DNA of 64,000 bases, taken from contig CBDDBZ010000034.1 of NCBI GenBank assembly GCA_965225945.1, forward strand, positions 64,001 to 128,000. Direction: 5' to 3'. The notes below the pieces were generated by a model. The model searched no databases, was not told where the DNA came from, and worked only from the letters and a program-made list of their open reading frames with translations. The translations under genes were made by a program, and so were the position numbers. Shown in pieces: positions 10,037 through 20,628 of the stretch (the stretch's first letter is position 1; each line of letters starts with the position of its first letter). The stretch is from Alphaproteobacteria bacterium (GTDB taxonomy: Bacteria; Pseudomonadota; Alphaproteobacteria; GCA-2731375).

Positions 10037-10435
10037 GACATTGGCGCCACCGAGAGAGGTCAAGCATTTATCGCTGACCTAGCTACGGGAGAAGTTAGTT
10101 AAAATCGGCGCCAAGATCGCCAGCCACGGGCGCTACGTGACCGTCCAGATGGCCGAGGTCGCGATTCCACGGCGACTGTTCTCGGAAATCCTGCGATTGA
10201 TCGACAGCCTGCAGCCAAAGCTCGCGCCGACGTGAATCGAGGCGCAGCAGGAGACGATGCCAATCAACAAAAGGACTATGTCTAGATGACGGGGAAACGA
10301 CGAAAGCTGGCCGTTCGCAAGCAACTGGCGGTCATTCGCAGTCGAATTTGCCGGGGATGGCTGTCGTGCCTCACGCTCTGGTCGTCAAATCGCTTGCATT
10401 GGCTTTCTAACGGGCGCCAAATGGGAAATCTTGGT
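10037..10435 (+). mobile_element. IS1380-family transposase 3' remnant and element end
   Basis: TLAPPREVKHLSLT.LREKLVKIGAKIASHGRYVTVQMAEVAIPRRLFSEILRLI, typical IS1380 C-terminus; frameshifted. Confidence 0.7.
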
Positions 10436-10512
10436 TGAGGTCCGTTCGAGGGCCTGGCGCATCCAGCCGTTCACGACGCCTCCAAGGTCAGTCCTCACAA
10501 GGGGAGGTGGCT

Positions 10513-10797
10513 ATGAGATTTGCAAATATAGGTCTGTTGGGGGCTCTCGTTGCTGTTGGTTTTACAGGCCTAACGGCAGCGGAGCCCACTATACTGAGCG
10601 AAGATCAGATCAAAAATACGATCGCTGGTAACACGCTTTCGGATGGTTCCAAATGGGCAGAGCACTACGGGGCCAACGGCGTCATCGCGCGCAAGTCGTA
10701 CCGGGGCGAGTGGTCGGTGAAAGATAGCACAGTATGCTTCGACTACGCGGGCACGAAGTACGATGGCTGCTACCAGATGGCCGTAGAGGGTGATTAG
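10513..10797 (+). CDS. Small secreted hypothetical protein ending at an in-frame TAG (probably premature)
   Basis: GGAGG RBS, signal peptide, GEWSVKDSTVCFDY; same frame stays open after the TAG. Confidence 0.55.
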   Translation: MRFANIGLLGALVAVGFTGLTAAEPTILSEDQIKNTIAGNTLSDGSKWAEHYGANGVIARKSYRGEWSVKDSTVCFDYAGTKYDGCYQMAVEGD

Positions 10798-10890
10798 GTC
10801 CGCTTATATTCCAACGAGGGTGAGCTGCAACGGGATCTCAGCCTGATAAAGGGAAACCCGAAAAACCTAACGCCGGCCCACGCAGGCGGG

Positions 10891-11277
10891 TTGATCGACA
10901 AAACCTTTTTCGGCGGAGTCGCCATCAAGGGCTACGACCCGGTCGCCTATTTTACTGAAGGGCGACCGGTGAAGGGATCGGCCGAGTTTGCCAAAGAATG
11001 GTTGGGCGCGTCATGGCGCTTTGCCAACGCCACGCACAGAGACGCTTTTGACGCTGACCCGGAAAAGTACATGCCCCAGTTTGGCGGGTACTGCTCAAAG
11101 GCGATGTCCGACGGCTTTGTGAAAAGTCTCGACCCGGACGCTTGGCGAATTATTGACGGCAAGCTCTGCGTCTTCGCTTCGAAGAGAGGGCGGGACAACT
11201 TTGCGAAAGACATCCCCGGCAGAACCGCCAAGGCCAAAGCCAACTGGGTAAAGATCAAAGCCGACCTGTTGCAGTAG
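10891..11277 (+). CDS. YHS-domain protein (Cys form)
   Basis: AIKGYDPVAYF, WRFANATHRDAFDADPEKYMPQFGGYC, DPDAWRIIDGKL. Confidence 0.8.
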   Translation: MIDKTFFGGVAIKGYDPVAYFTEGRPVKGSAEFAKEWLGASWRFANATHRDAFDADPEKYMPQFGGYCSKAMSDGFVKSLDPDAWRIIDGKLCVFASKRGRDNFAKDIPGRTAKAKANWVKIKADLLQ

Positions 11278-13445
11278 CCAGCCGCTTGATGTAATCGGCG
11301 ATGTAAGGGGCCACATCGTCCCGCACCTTATGGTGCGGGAGAGTGCCGCAACCGTGCAGCGGTCATGTCTCCACCAGCCTGGAGACAGCGGTCCCTTGGC
11401 TCCGACGCGCCGCGTGTCCCAGTACTCTTACGCCTGCCCCGCGATGACGGCGGGCCATTGATCCAATTGAGTAATCCTCGCTGATAAGCTGACGCGCGGG
11501 CGGGCGGCGTCACTTCGGCACGGAAAAATAAACAATGCGAAACACGCTCACAATGATATACTCGTTTCTTTCTTCGGGCGTTCCGTCCGGATTCCTATAC
11601 AGATGGCTACAGTGTTTTCGCCCCATAAGGAACGCTGAGTATTTCTGGCAAAACATGCCTCGCTCGACCGAAGCGAAGCCGCTTAAATAGTGTGATGGAT
11701 CACGGTAGGCGACCGTTCCGTCTTCGCTGAGTTGCTTCACAAATGGCACACCATCGCCGCCGTATCCCTTCCACGTCCGACCAAAGGTCACTGTCTTAAT
11801 CGCGTTTGTGTCGAGACGGTCTTCCGCTCGTCCCTCAAAGCCGAAAGGCCATTTCGGCATGCCCGCCTTGCGCAGCGCCTCGATGCGATGGTCAAGGTCC
11901 TCCCTGCGCTTATGGTACGCATAGAAAAGCCGCATATAAGCCAAGTTCACCCAGGGCCGTTTCTTGAGTATTTCGTTGACCTCGGCCCTTGCTTCATCCA
12001 GCCGCGCCAGTTGGGCGTAAGCCATTGCAAGTTGTTCATGAACAGCAGCGTTCGTCGGCATGGCCTCCCGAGCCTTCTCCAGCTGTTCCGCCGCCCTCTC
12101 ATATTGGCGGTCCATGAACAAGATCAAACCGGACAGAAGGTTGACACCGGGGGGCGGTCTCGGATTCAGTCGAAGTGCTGTCTCCATCGCCGCGACCGCC
12201 TCGGTAGGCCTACCGGAATGGGTGAGCACGAGGGCAAGGTTTATATAGGCCTCTGCGTCATTGGGATCGAGGGACACGGCTTTTCGCGTGGACGTGATAG
12301 CTTCGTCGTACCGACTGTCCACCATTTGTAGCATCCCGAGCACGGAATACGCCCCCGGAATGTTGGAGTCCAGCGCGAGCGCCTGAGCCGCTGCCTGTAA
12401 GCCCTTTTACGTGCCACGGGGCCGGGCAACAGCCAATCCACGTCGAGGCGCCAGACATCGACCGCTACCCGAGCGTAGCCTGCGTAAGCATCGGCAAACT
12501 TCGGGTCGAGGGCCAGCGCCTTTTCGTAAAGCGACAGAGCATCCGCGAGCCCCTCGCCGTCGTAGCTATAGGCGCCTTGTTTGGCGCGTAAGTAAAAATC
12601 GTACGCCTCAAGGTTATCGGTTGGCTTGCGCCGGAGCTGCGCTTGCTCGCTGTCCGTCAGGTTCAGCGCCAATGCGGCAACGATCTTCTCGGTCACCTTG
12701 TCCTGCAAGCCGAAGATATCGGCGAGCGATCCGTCGTAACGCTCCGCCCAGAGGTGCCCGCCGGTGGTGGCGTCGATGAGCTGGGCGTTGATGCGCACCT
12801 GATCGCCGGCGCGACGCACGCTGCCCTCGAGCACGTAGCGCACGCCGAGCTCCTCGGCCACCTGGCCCACCTTCACCGCCTTGCCCTTGTAGGTAAAGAC
12901 CGAGTTGCGGGCGATCACGAACAGGCCGGAGACCTTGGAGAGATCGGTGATCAGGTCCTCGGTCATGCCGTCGGCGAAGTACTCCTGCGCCGGGTCGTCG
13001 CTCATGTTGGTGAACGGCAGCACCGCGATGGAAGGTTTGTCGGGAAGCGGATGGGCCATGCGTTCGACCGAGGCCGGCTCCACCGTCGCTTGCCAGGGGC
13101 GCAGCCACAGACCGACACCCGCAAAGGCGATCAGCAGGACCACAGCAGCTGCCAGCGCCATTCGCTTCCATGATTGCGTCGCTCGCTTTGTTTCGCCGAT
13201 GATCTTGCCAGCCGCCTCAGGCTCAGTCAGTACGCGATAAACCTGGATCGGCTCGGCGATGTTCTTGACCTCGTGCTCGCCAAGGAATTCGTAACCCAGA
13301 TCGAGCTGTTTCTTGACCTGGTCGAATACCGACCGTGCGAGGGAGATACCACCAGGGTCGGCAAGCGTTTCGAGACGCGCCGCAATGTTCACACCATCGC
13401 CAAGCAGGTTATCGCCCTCGACTATCACGTCACCAAGGTTGACAC

Positions 13446-14200
13446 CTTGCCTATCCGGTTATCACCCACACCCACTATATGTAGTGTGCACCCATTTTCC
13501 TGAGTAAAGCTCGGTGCAGGTCGAAGCGGAGATATCTCCGGCGATGCCGAGCAGGGACTCGGACGGCATTGTAGCGCCTTTTAGGCGACACTTTAGCGTG
13601 GTGGAAATCCTAATCATTGAGTCGGATTTGGCAAAACGCCACGTTGCATAAAGGACCGTCACTTCATTGAAATTTATCTGAAATCGGAGGTGAACGACAC
13701 CGATGGAATATTCCAGGGAATCAGAGCTTCATTGAATTGTAGGATTCGAGTGCCGGATTATTCACAAATAGCTCTGTGAACTGGTTTTCAAGTTCGCTCA
13801 ATACGTCATATGAAGTAAACGGATTGAGGATCACGTTCTTGCGTGTCGCTTCGTCTTCGCTGCGACTCAAAACGCGCAGGAGACTAACAGGCGCGGACGG
13901 GTTCTTCGCAACGATTCGTGCCAGCGCGTCGCTTTCTTCGACTAGTGCCGTCAATCGCTCAGACGATGTCGTTTCATCAGCAGCTTCCCGTCTGGCCGTG
14001 GGTTTCTTCGTTTTTCCCTTGGTCGCCACCGTTCCGTCCCCCGATGTTAAGTACGTGACGTGAATTAAACTCCGGTTCGGTTTTCAGAACAATCAAGAAT
14101 TAGCCGGATCGCCTCCTCAATGCGCCTGCGCCGGCCCTTGCCTGCAGTCCAAGGAGACACACTACATATAGTGGGTGTGGGTGATAACCGGATAGGCAAG
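13446..14200. mobile_element. Non-autonomous IS1595-type mobile insertion cassette (755 bp) with cargo gene
   Basis: Perfect 43-bp terminal IRs starting cttgcctatccggtt; 8-bp TSD GTTGACAC (13438-13445, 14201-14208); first 15 bp identical to both ends of the IS at 61574-62691. Confidence 0.9.
13721..14029 (-). CDS. Leucine-rich-variant/HEAT-like repeat small protein (cassette cargo)
   Basis: VAKNPSAPVSLLRVLSRSEDEATRKNVILNPFTS...NNPAL repeat pattern; lower GC than host. Confidence 0.6.
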   Translation of the reverse strand: MATKGKTKKPTARREAADETTSSERLTALVEESDALARIVAKNPSAPVSLLRVLSRSEDEATRKNVILNPFTSYDVLSELENQFTELFVNNPALESYNSMKL

Positions 14201-14725
14201 GTTGACACCTATGCGAAGGCGCATGCGCCGGTCTTCAGGTAGATCGACATTGTGAACTTCAAGTTCGCGCTGAATATCGACCGCACAACGCACCGCCTCG
14301 ACCGGGCTCGCGAACTCGACGACGACGCTGTCGCCGGCGCTACCGAACACCCTGCCATGATGGCTCGCGACCAGCCCTTCTATGATCTCTCGGTAGGTGC
14401 TTAGCGTGCTGACAGTCGCTTCCTCGTCAGCCTCCATGAGCCGGCTGTAGCCGACCACGTCGGCGGCCAGGATCGCGGCCAGACGGCGTTCGACGCGCTC
14501 GGGTGCCACTGGGACATCTCCCACAGCGACGGACGAATTAGCTCTTGGAATGTTAGCAGCGGGCCTCGATGAGACCAACCGGCAATGTCCGAGTCGGGTC
14601 AATGAACGAAACCGCTTTCAGCGGTAGTTCGTGGTGCCGGGCGGTGAGGTCGGTGGCGTAACGGATGGGTCGATCCTGTGTTGAGGTTTGGAGTTCCGAA
14701 GCTCACGCAACACGGGAGCAGACCC

Positions 14726-15631
14726 ATGACCGATAGTGACAAGACCATCAGCCCGCTGCGCCAGCGCATGATCGACGACATGGTGCTTCGCGGCTTCAGT
14801 GCCAACACGCAGCGCGGCTACATCAGTGCGGTGGCCGGCTTTTCCGACTTTCTCGCACGCTCTCCGGATCGGGCGGAGGCGGAGGATCTCAGGCGCTATC
14901 AAGTGCATATGCGCAAAGCAGGCGCATCGGCGACGACGATGAACGCGGCGGTCTCGGCATTGCGGTTCTTCTTCGGCGTCACGCTCGGCCGAGGCGACGC
15001 CGAGATCGGCATGACGACGGTGGCAATGCCGCGCAAGCTGCCGGTGATCCTGAGCGTCGAGGAAATGGCGCGGCTTCTCGATGCCGCCCCCGGTCCCAAA
15101 TACAAGGCGGCCTTTTCGCTGGCCTATGGCGCCGGCCTGCGCGCTTCGGAGGTGGTCCATCTCAAGGTCCCGGACATCGACAGCAACCGCAAGACGCTTC
15201 GCATCGAGCAAGGTAAGGGCCGCCGAGATCGCTACGCCATGCTCTCGGATCGCGCCGTCGAGCAGCTCAGGGTCTGGTGGTTGCTTGGCCGCGCCCGCGG
15301 CGTGATGCTGCCCGGCGGTTGGCTGTTTCCAGGCCAGAACCCGGTCAACCCGTTGACCACCCGCCAGCTCCGTCGCGCCCTCGATGGCGCCAAGGCGGGG
15401 GCGGGGATCGAGAAGCGGATCTCGCTTCACACGCTGCGCCACTGCTTCGCCACCCATCTCCTCGAACAGGGCGTCGACATCCGCGTGATCCAGGTTCTAC
15501 TGGGGCACAAGAAGCTGGAGACCACGGCTCACTACACCCAGGTCGCCAGCACCACCTTGCGGCGCGCCAAGAGCCCACTGGACCTGCTCGAGCCGCCGAC
15601 GCCCAAGACCAAGCGCAAGCCGCCGAAGTGA
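14726..15631 (+). CDS. Tyrosine recombinase/integrase
   Basis: N-terminal SAM-like domain (SPLRQRMIDDM); catalytic GLRASE, HTLRH, LLGH and TAHY motifs intact. Confidence 0.93.
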   Translation: MTDSDKTISPLRQRMIDDMVLRGFSANTQRGYISAVAGFSDFLARSPDRAEAEDLRRYQVHMRKAGASATTMNAAVSALRFFFGVTLGRGDAEIGMTTVAMPRKLPVILSVEEMARLLDAAPGPKYKAAFSLAYGAGLRASEVVHLKVPDIDSNRKTLRIEQGKGRRDRYAMLSDRAVEQLRVWWLLGRARGVMLPGGWLFPGQNPVNPLTTRQLRRALDGAKAGAGIEKRISLHTLRHCFATHLLEQGVDIRVIQVLLGHKKLETTAHYTQVASTTLRRAKSPLDLLEPPTPKTKRKPPK

Positions 15632-16361
15632 GCCGGCGGCCTCGGTGCCGCGTCCCGCGCTCGAGGTCCAGGACATCTTCCGCGACCACGGGCCCGGCTT
15701 CCGTCGGGCCCGGGCCGGTCGTCTGAGCCTCGGCCAACTGAAGGTCATGTCGGCGATCGAGTGTTGCCGCACCGCCGCGCTCGGCGGTCATGTCGCGGCC
15801 TGCGAGGACTGCGGGCAGAACCACATCGCCTACAATTCCTGTCGCAACCGCCATTGTCCCAAATGCCAAGGCCAGGTCGCGCGCGAATGGCTGGCGGCGC
15901 GAGAGGCCGAACTGCTCTCCGTCCCCTACTACCATCTCGTCTTCACCCTGCCAGCGGCGATCGCCGACATCGCCTATCAGAACAAGTCGGTGATCTACGA
16001 TATCCTGTTCAAGGCGAGCGCCGAGACCATGCTCACCATCGCCGCCGATCCCAAGCATCTCGGCGCCAAGATCGGCATCACCGCCGTGCTCCACACCTGG
16101 GGCTCGGCCATGACCCACCATCCCCACATCCACATGATCGTGCCGGGTGGCGGAATCTCACCTGACGGTAGCAGTTGGATCTCTTGCCGGCCCGGCTTCT
16201 TCCTGCCCGTCCGCGTGCTCTCGCGCCTCTTCCGCCGCCTCTTCATCGAGAAGCTCCTCGCCGCCCACGAGGCAGGGCGCCTGAAGTTCTTCACCGACCA
16301 CACCAGCCTCGCCGAGCCGGCGGCCTTCCGTGTCTTCCTCGCACCGATGCGCAAACAAGAA

Positions 16362-17391
16362 CCTGATTACGCACGTCACTCAGCCGACCAGGTGTGGTAC
16401 AAATCATGAACCTTTGGCGGTTTTTCAGGGAGTTCACGATGTCACGCAACAAGGTTCAGTTCCAGTAGGGGCTCAGCGAGCCGCGTTTCCGTGAAATGTA
16501 CGGCACCGAGGAGCAGTGTCGCGAGGCCCTGTTCCGCTGGCGTTGGCCGGAGGGCTTCTCCTGCCCCCGATGCGGTGCCACGCGCCATTGCGAGATCGCC
16601 GGGCGAAAACTTTACCAATGCGCCGCCTGCCGTCATCAAGTCTCGCTGACCGCCGGCACGCTCTTCCACGCGACCAAGCTGGCGCTGACCCTGTGGTTTT
16701 CGGCGATCTATCACATGACCCAATCGAAGAAGGGGATCTCCTCCATCGAACTCGGCCGCCGGCTCGGCGTCACCCAGACCACGGCCTGGAAGATCAAGCA
16801 GAAACTGATGCAATCCATGCTCGAGCGCGACGCCAAATTGCCGCTCACCGGGCGGGTGGAGATGGACGACGCCTACCTCGGCGGCCGCCGTTCCGGGGCC
16901 AAGCGCGGCCGGGGCGCGCCGGGCAAGACGCCGTTCGTCGCCGCCGTCCAGACCACGGCGGAGGGCCAGCCCGTGCGCATCAAGCTGCGCCGCGTCAAGG
17001 GCTTCCGCAAGGCCGAAATCGCCAAGATGGCCAAGCGCGACCTGAGCCCCGGGACGAGCGTCTTCAGCGACGGGCTCAACTGCTTCACCGCGGTCACCGC
17101 GCAAGGCTGCGCCCACCATCCGATACCCACCGGCTCCGGACCAGGGGCCGTCGCCGTGCCGGCCTTCAAATGGGTCAACACCACCCTCGGCAATCTCAAG
17201 AACACCCTGCGTGGCACCTACCATGCGATCCGGCCCAAACACGTTCCGCGCTACCTGGCGGCGTTCCAATACCGATATAACCGCCGCTACCGGCTCGCCG
17301 ACATGATCGAGGCCCTCGGACGCGACGCCCTGCGCACGCCCCCCATGCCATATCGGCTCCTCAAATTGGCTGAGGTTGATGCGTAATCAGG
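16362..17391 (+). mobile_element. IS1595-family insertion sequence
   Basis: IRs cctgattacgca / tgcgtaatcagg; 8-bp TSD AACAAGAA (16354-16361, 17392-17399). Confidence 0.92.
16439..17386 (+). pseudogene. IS1595 transposase with a nonsense codon at position 10
   Basis: MSRNKVQFQ*GLSE (TAG 16466-16468), then zinc ribbon, EMDDAY, SDGLNCF, NTTLGNLK, YRYNRRY. Confidence 0.85.
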
Positions 17392-18507
17392 AACAAGAAT
17401 GGGTCGTCTACGCCAAGCCGCCCTTCGGCGGACCAGAGGCCGTGCTCGCCTATCTCTCCCGCTACACCCACCGTGTCGCCATCTCGAACAGCCGCCTGGT
17501 CAGCTGCGACAGCCAAGGCGTCATCTTCAAGTACAAGGACTACCGGCGCAAAGGACGCGAGCGCTACAAGACCTTGCCCCTGGCCGTGCCCGAGTTCATC
17601 CGCCGCTTCCTCCTCCATGTCCTGCCCTCGGGCTTTCACCGCATCCGCCATTACGGCCTCTTCGCCAACGGCGGTCGCACCCGCAACATCTCCCTTGCCC
17701 GCGAACTGCTTGCCATGCCGGCACCGGAGAGTGAGGCCGACGATGCCGCGAGTGACGATGATACCGAACCGCCGTCCCTCTCAGAGCCCTGCCCGCAGTG
17801 CGGCGGCCGTATGATCGTCATCGAGCGCTTCGAGGCCGGCGCCCAACCACGCGCCCCGCCCCGTGCACGGCCCCTGGCCAGGGCCACGGCAGCATGACCG
17901 ACACCGCTTCGAATAACGCTATTGCCGCCGCTCACCCGCGGCCACGATCCCGCTCGCCGCAACGCCATCGAGCGCGCAGGGAACCACCTGCGAGACCCGC
18001 CGGCATCGACCCGAAGTCGCCATCAAACCACCCTGCCGGTGTCGTCGCCAATCAGATCCGAGCCATCCAGCAGCGCCGGCCACCCGAGAAAGCTGGCCCG
18101 CCGCTCGCAAATCCCCATAGACCGAGCGTGCCGCACCGCCGAGCCTAGTCCTGCCCGCGGTTTCCTCCCTTGAGCGTTGTCCGACACCTGCCGATCCAGT
18201 CCGCCGGATGCAACCCCTGCGCCTCGGCAGGTGTCCGACAACGCTTAACATGAATTTCCGGTTAGCGTCTGCTAATGTTATGGAGAGTCTCGGGGTACAA
18301 CGGACGTGAACGGAGCGAAAGCCGACAGTCGCCCGAGGCGCCGGGCGCATGCGTTCCTCCCGGCGTCGATTCCCGCCCCACCACGCGCCGCCGCTCCGCT
18401 CGCCGAGGCTCCTCTCGGCCGTCGCGCGTGAGCGATCGCGGAGGAAGTCCTCGCGGGGATCCAGGGGCCCGCGTCGCGGTGATCCGAGCCCACCCCATCG
18501 GCGCGGA

Positions 18508-19770
18508 TCACGCGAAGCGATCGATGCTATAGGGCGCCAAGTCGATGTCGAGCCTCTCGCCGGCGATCAGCGCGGCGATCGCCTCGCCCGTCGTCGGCGC
18601 CACGGTCATGCCGGTGTGGCCATGGCCGAAGGCGGCGTAAAGACCCTCGTGGCCGGTAACCGCGCCGAGACAGGGGAGCGAATCCGGCGTCGAGGGCCGC
18701 CGCCCCATCCATTCCACGCAATCCTCGGTGTTGATATCGGGGAACATGCGCTTCGCCAGCCGCTTGAAGACGCGGGCCCGGCGATAGTCCGGCGGCGCCT
18801 CCAGACCGGCGAATTCCGCCGTGCCGGCGAGCCGCACGCCGGCCGACATCGAGCTCACGACGAACTTGGCCTCGACGTTCATGATGCAGTTCTCGAGCCG
18901 GACGCCCGGATCGCGGAGCACCAAGTGATAGCCCCGTTCGGCCTCGAGCGGCACCCGGACGCCCAGGCCGTCCAGCAGCTTGCCCAACCACGCGCCCATC
19001 GCCACCACCAGGCGCTTGGAGCGAAGCGGGCCGCTGTCGGTCTCGACCCGCCAGCCGCCACCCGGCACCGGCACCAGGCCCGAGACCGCGCGGCGCTGGA
19101 GGTCGACGCCCATTCGGGCGGCCTTCTCCGCCAGCGCCTTGCCGATGCCGCCCGGATCGAGCGCCCGGCCCTGCCCATCGATCAGCACCGCCGCCTGGTA
19201 ATCCGGCGACAAGGCCGGCTCCACCTCACGCAGTGCCGCGCCCTCGACCACCCTGAGCGGCACCTGCCGCTCGGTTCGCATCCGCCAGGCCAGTTGCGTC
19301 AGATCGGCGTCCTCGGCCTTGCGGTAGACATGGACGTAGAGCGAATCCCGGACCAGCTCCTCGGCCCCGGTGCCCGCCAAATGGCGGCGGTAGAGATCGA
19401 CCGTCGGGCGGGTCAGCGCCAGCATGGCATCGGCGATTCCCGCCAGCCGGTCCGCCCGCCCCGCCCGGAGGAACTTGATCGCCCAAGGCAGGAACCACGG
19501 CAGATAACGCCACCTGAGCGCCACCGGGCCTTCCGGGTCCAGCATCCATCCCGGCACCTGCTTCCACAGGCCCGGCATCGATTGCGGCACGCAGGACCAG
19601 GGCGAGAGCGAGCCGGCATTGCCGAAACTGGCCCCTTCGGCCGGCGGGTCGCGGTCGAGAAGTGCTACCGTGAAGCCCCGCTCCCTTAGCGAAAGCGCAC
19701 AGCAGATGCCGACGATCCCGGCGCCCAGCACGGTGACGTCGGGGCTCGGCTCCCTCGCCGGCTCGACCAT
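18508..19770 (-). CDS. FAD-dependent D-amino acid dehydrogenase-like (DadA family) oxidoreductase
   Basis: VLGAGIVG, ASFGNAG, ERGYH, WMGRRPSTPDSLP, AFGHGHTG. Confidence 0.9.
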   Translation of the reverse strand: MVEPAREPSPDVTVLGAGIVGICCALSLRERGFTVALLDRDPPAEGASFGNAGSLSPWSCVPQSMPGLWKQVPGWMLDPEGPVALRWRYLPWFLPWAIKFLRAGRADRLAGIADAMLALTRPTVDLYRRHLAGTGAEELVRDSLYVHVYRKAEDADLTQLAWRMRTERQVPLRVVEGAALREVEPALSPDYQAAVLIDGQGRALDPGGIGKALAEKAARMGVDLQRRAVSGLVPVPGGGWRVETDSGPLRSKRLVVAMGAWLGKLLDGLGVRVPLEAERGYHLVLRDPGVRLENCIMNVEAKFVVSSMSAGVRLAGTAEFAGLEAPPDYRRARVFKRLAKRMFPDINTEDCVEWMGRRPSTPDSLPCLGAVTGHEGLYAAFGHGHTGMTVAPTTGEAIAALIAGERLDIDLAPYSIDRFA

Positions 19771-19784
19771 GCCCGTTTCCGCCT

Positions 19785-20465
19785 CTACATGCCCAATTCG
19801 CCCAAGGCCTCGTCGGTGGAGCGCACGCGGCCGAACAGGCGCTGGAAATTCACCAAGGTGGCGTGGTGCAGCTCCTCGCGGGTGGCGCCGCAGGCGTCTT
19901 CCACCAGGGTGACCAAATAGCCCCGATCCGCCGCCTCGCGCGCCGTGGTCTCGACGCACATGTTGGTCGAGACGCCGCTCATGTAGAGCTGATCCTTGCC
20001 CAGCGAGCGCAACAGATGGTCGAGCCCGGTGGAGGCGAAGCCACCGATCGAGGTCTTGTTGAGGATGAACTCGCCGGGCTCCGGCGCCACCTCGTCGATG
20101 ATCTCGTGCTCCCGGCTGCCAACGTAATTGTCGGTGTCGCGAAAGAGCTTGGCCATATGCGGTGGCGCGTCGGAGATGTCCGGGCGCGTGGCGCCGACGG
20201 TCAGATAGACCACCTCCCGGCGCCCTGAGCGGAAGCCGCCCAACAGGCGCTGGATGTTCGGCACCACCTTGGTCTCGATCCGATGGAAGCGGTAGGTGGT
20301 GGCGTTCGAGCCCTCGCGCGCCATCCGCCGGCCCAGCGCGCCCTCGCGATGGCCGGTGGCGTACTGCATGTCGACGACGACGAGCGCGGCCCGCGCCGGA
20401 TCGACCTCGCGCTCCGACATGTAGGCCTGGATATAGTCGGTGTCGTCGATTCCTTCCGATGCCAT
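19785..20465 (-). CDS. Isochorismatase-family cysteine hydrolase
   Basis: ALVVVDMQ, K, GVSTNMCVETTAREAADRGY. Confidence 0.9.
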   Translation of the reverse strand: MASEGIDDTDYIQAYMSEREVDPARAALVVVDMQYATGHREGALGRRMAREGSNATTYRFHRIETKVVPNIQRLLGGFRSGRREVVYLTVGATRPDISDAPPHMAKLFRDTDNYVGSREHEIIDEVAPEPGEFILNKTSIGGFASTGLDHLLRSLGKDQLYMSGVSTNMCVETTAREAADRGYLVTLVEDACGATREELHHATLVNFQRLFGRVRSTDEALGELGM

Positions 20466-20489
20466 CGGCACGCTCCTCGTTCAACCGGC

Positions 20490-20628
20490 TAGAGCAGCAT
20501 CCGTCAGAAGGAAATCGCTTTCAGCGATCCAACCGGCGGATAAAGCTGCTCTACCAACTTGGAGAATAGAGCAATTTAATCCGAACGGATTGAACCGGTG
20601 CGGTTCGATCCGTTCGGATATTGCTCTA
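20490..20628. repeat. Two adjacent TAGAGC...GCTCTA palindromic elements (20490-20553, 20567-20628)
   Basis: Both bounded by tagagca/tgctcta; the second shares its core with the 1532-1598 palindrome. Confidence 0.8.

Larger units (their letters stand above)
11510..14509 (-). pseudogene. Adenylate/guanylate cyclase - TolB-like - TPR membrane protein, split by a mobile cassette and a 1-bp frameshift near 12395
   Basis: RRLAAILAADVVGYSRLM...RIGVNL (14509-14201) joins GDVIVEGDNLLGDGVNIAARLE (13445 down), then PSIAVLPF and TPRs. Confidence 0.9.
15645..17897 (+). pseudogene. IS91-family (zinc-binding + Y2/HUH) transposase interrupted by an IS1595
   Basis: CRT..LGGH, YNSCRNRHCPKCQ, HHPHIH; resumes EWVVYAKPPFGG..YLSRYTHRVAISN after 17391. 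Confidence 0.9.
14600..18250 (+). mobile_element. Tyrosine integrase + IS91/Y2 transposase element (boundaries approximate)
   Basis: Two-gene module; gaaaccgc (14608) / gcggtttc (18157) inverted motif; 22-bp terminal hairpin 18173-18245. Confidence 0.75.

Noticed and set aside
10795-10797. Pyrrolysine/amber recoding
   Set aside because: No pyl genes in the window, and TAG is used as a normal stop elsewhere (e.g. chvI, livK-like gene).
11065-11100. YHS protein as a selenoprotein
   Set aside because: The GGYC position is encoded by TGC (Cys), not TGA.
11319-11460. Cluster of small hairpins between convergent genes
   Set aside because: Adequately explained as terminator-like structures; no family resemblance or repeat.
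14560-18260. Integron with cassette array
   Set aside because: The integrase shows no recognisable IntI-specific insertion, and there is no series of attC-bounded cassettes.
18508-20484. 658-aa ORF as a single protein
   Set aside because: The N-terminal part is an off-frame overlap of the isochorismatase gene; the oxidoreductase begins at about 19770.
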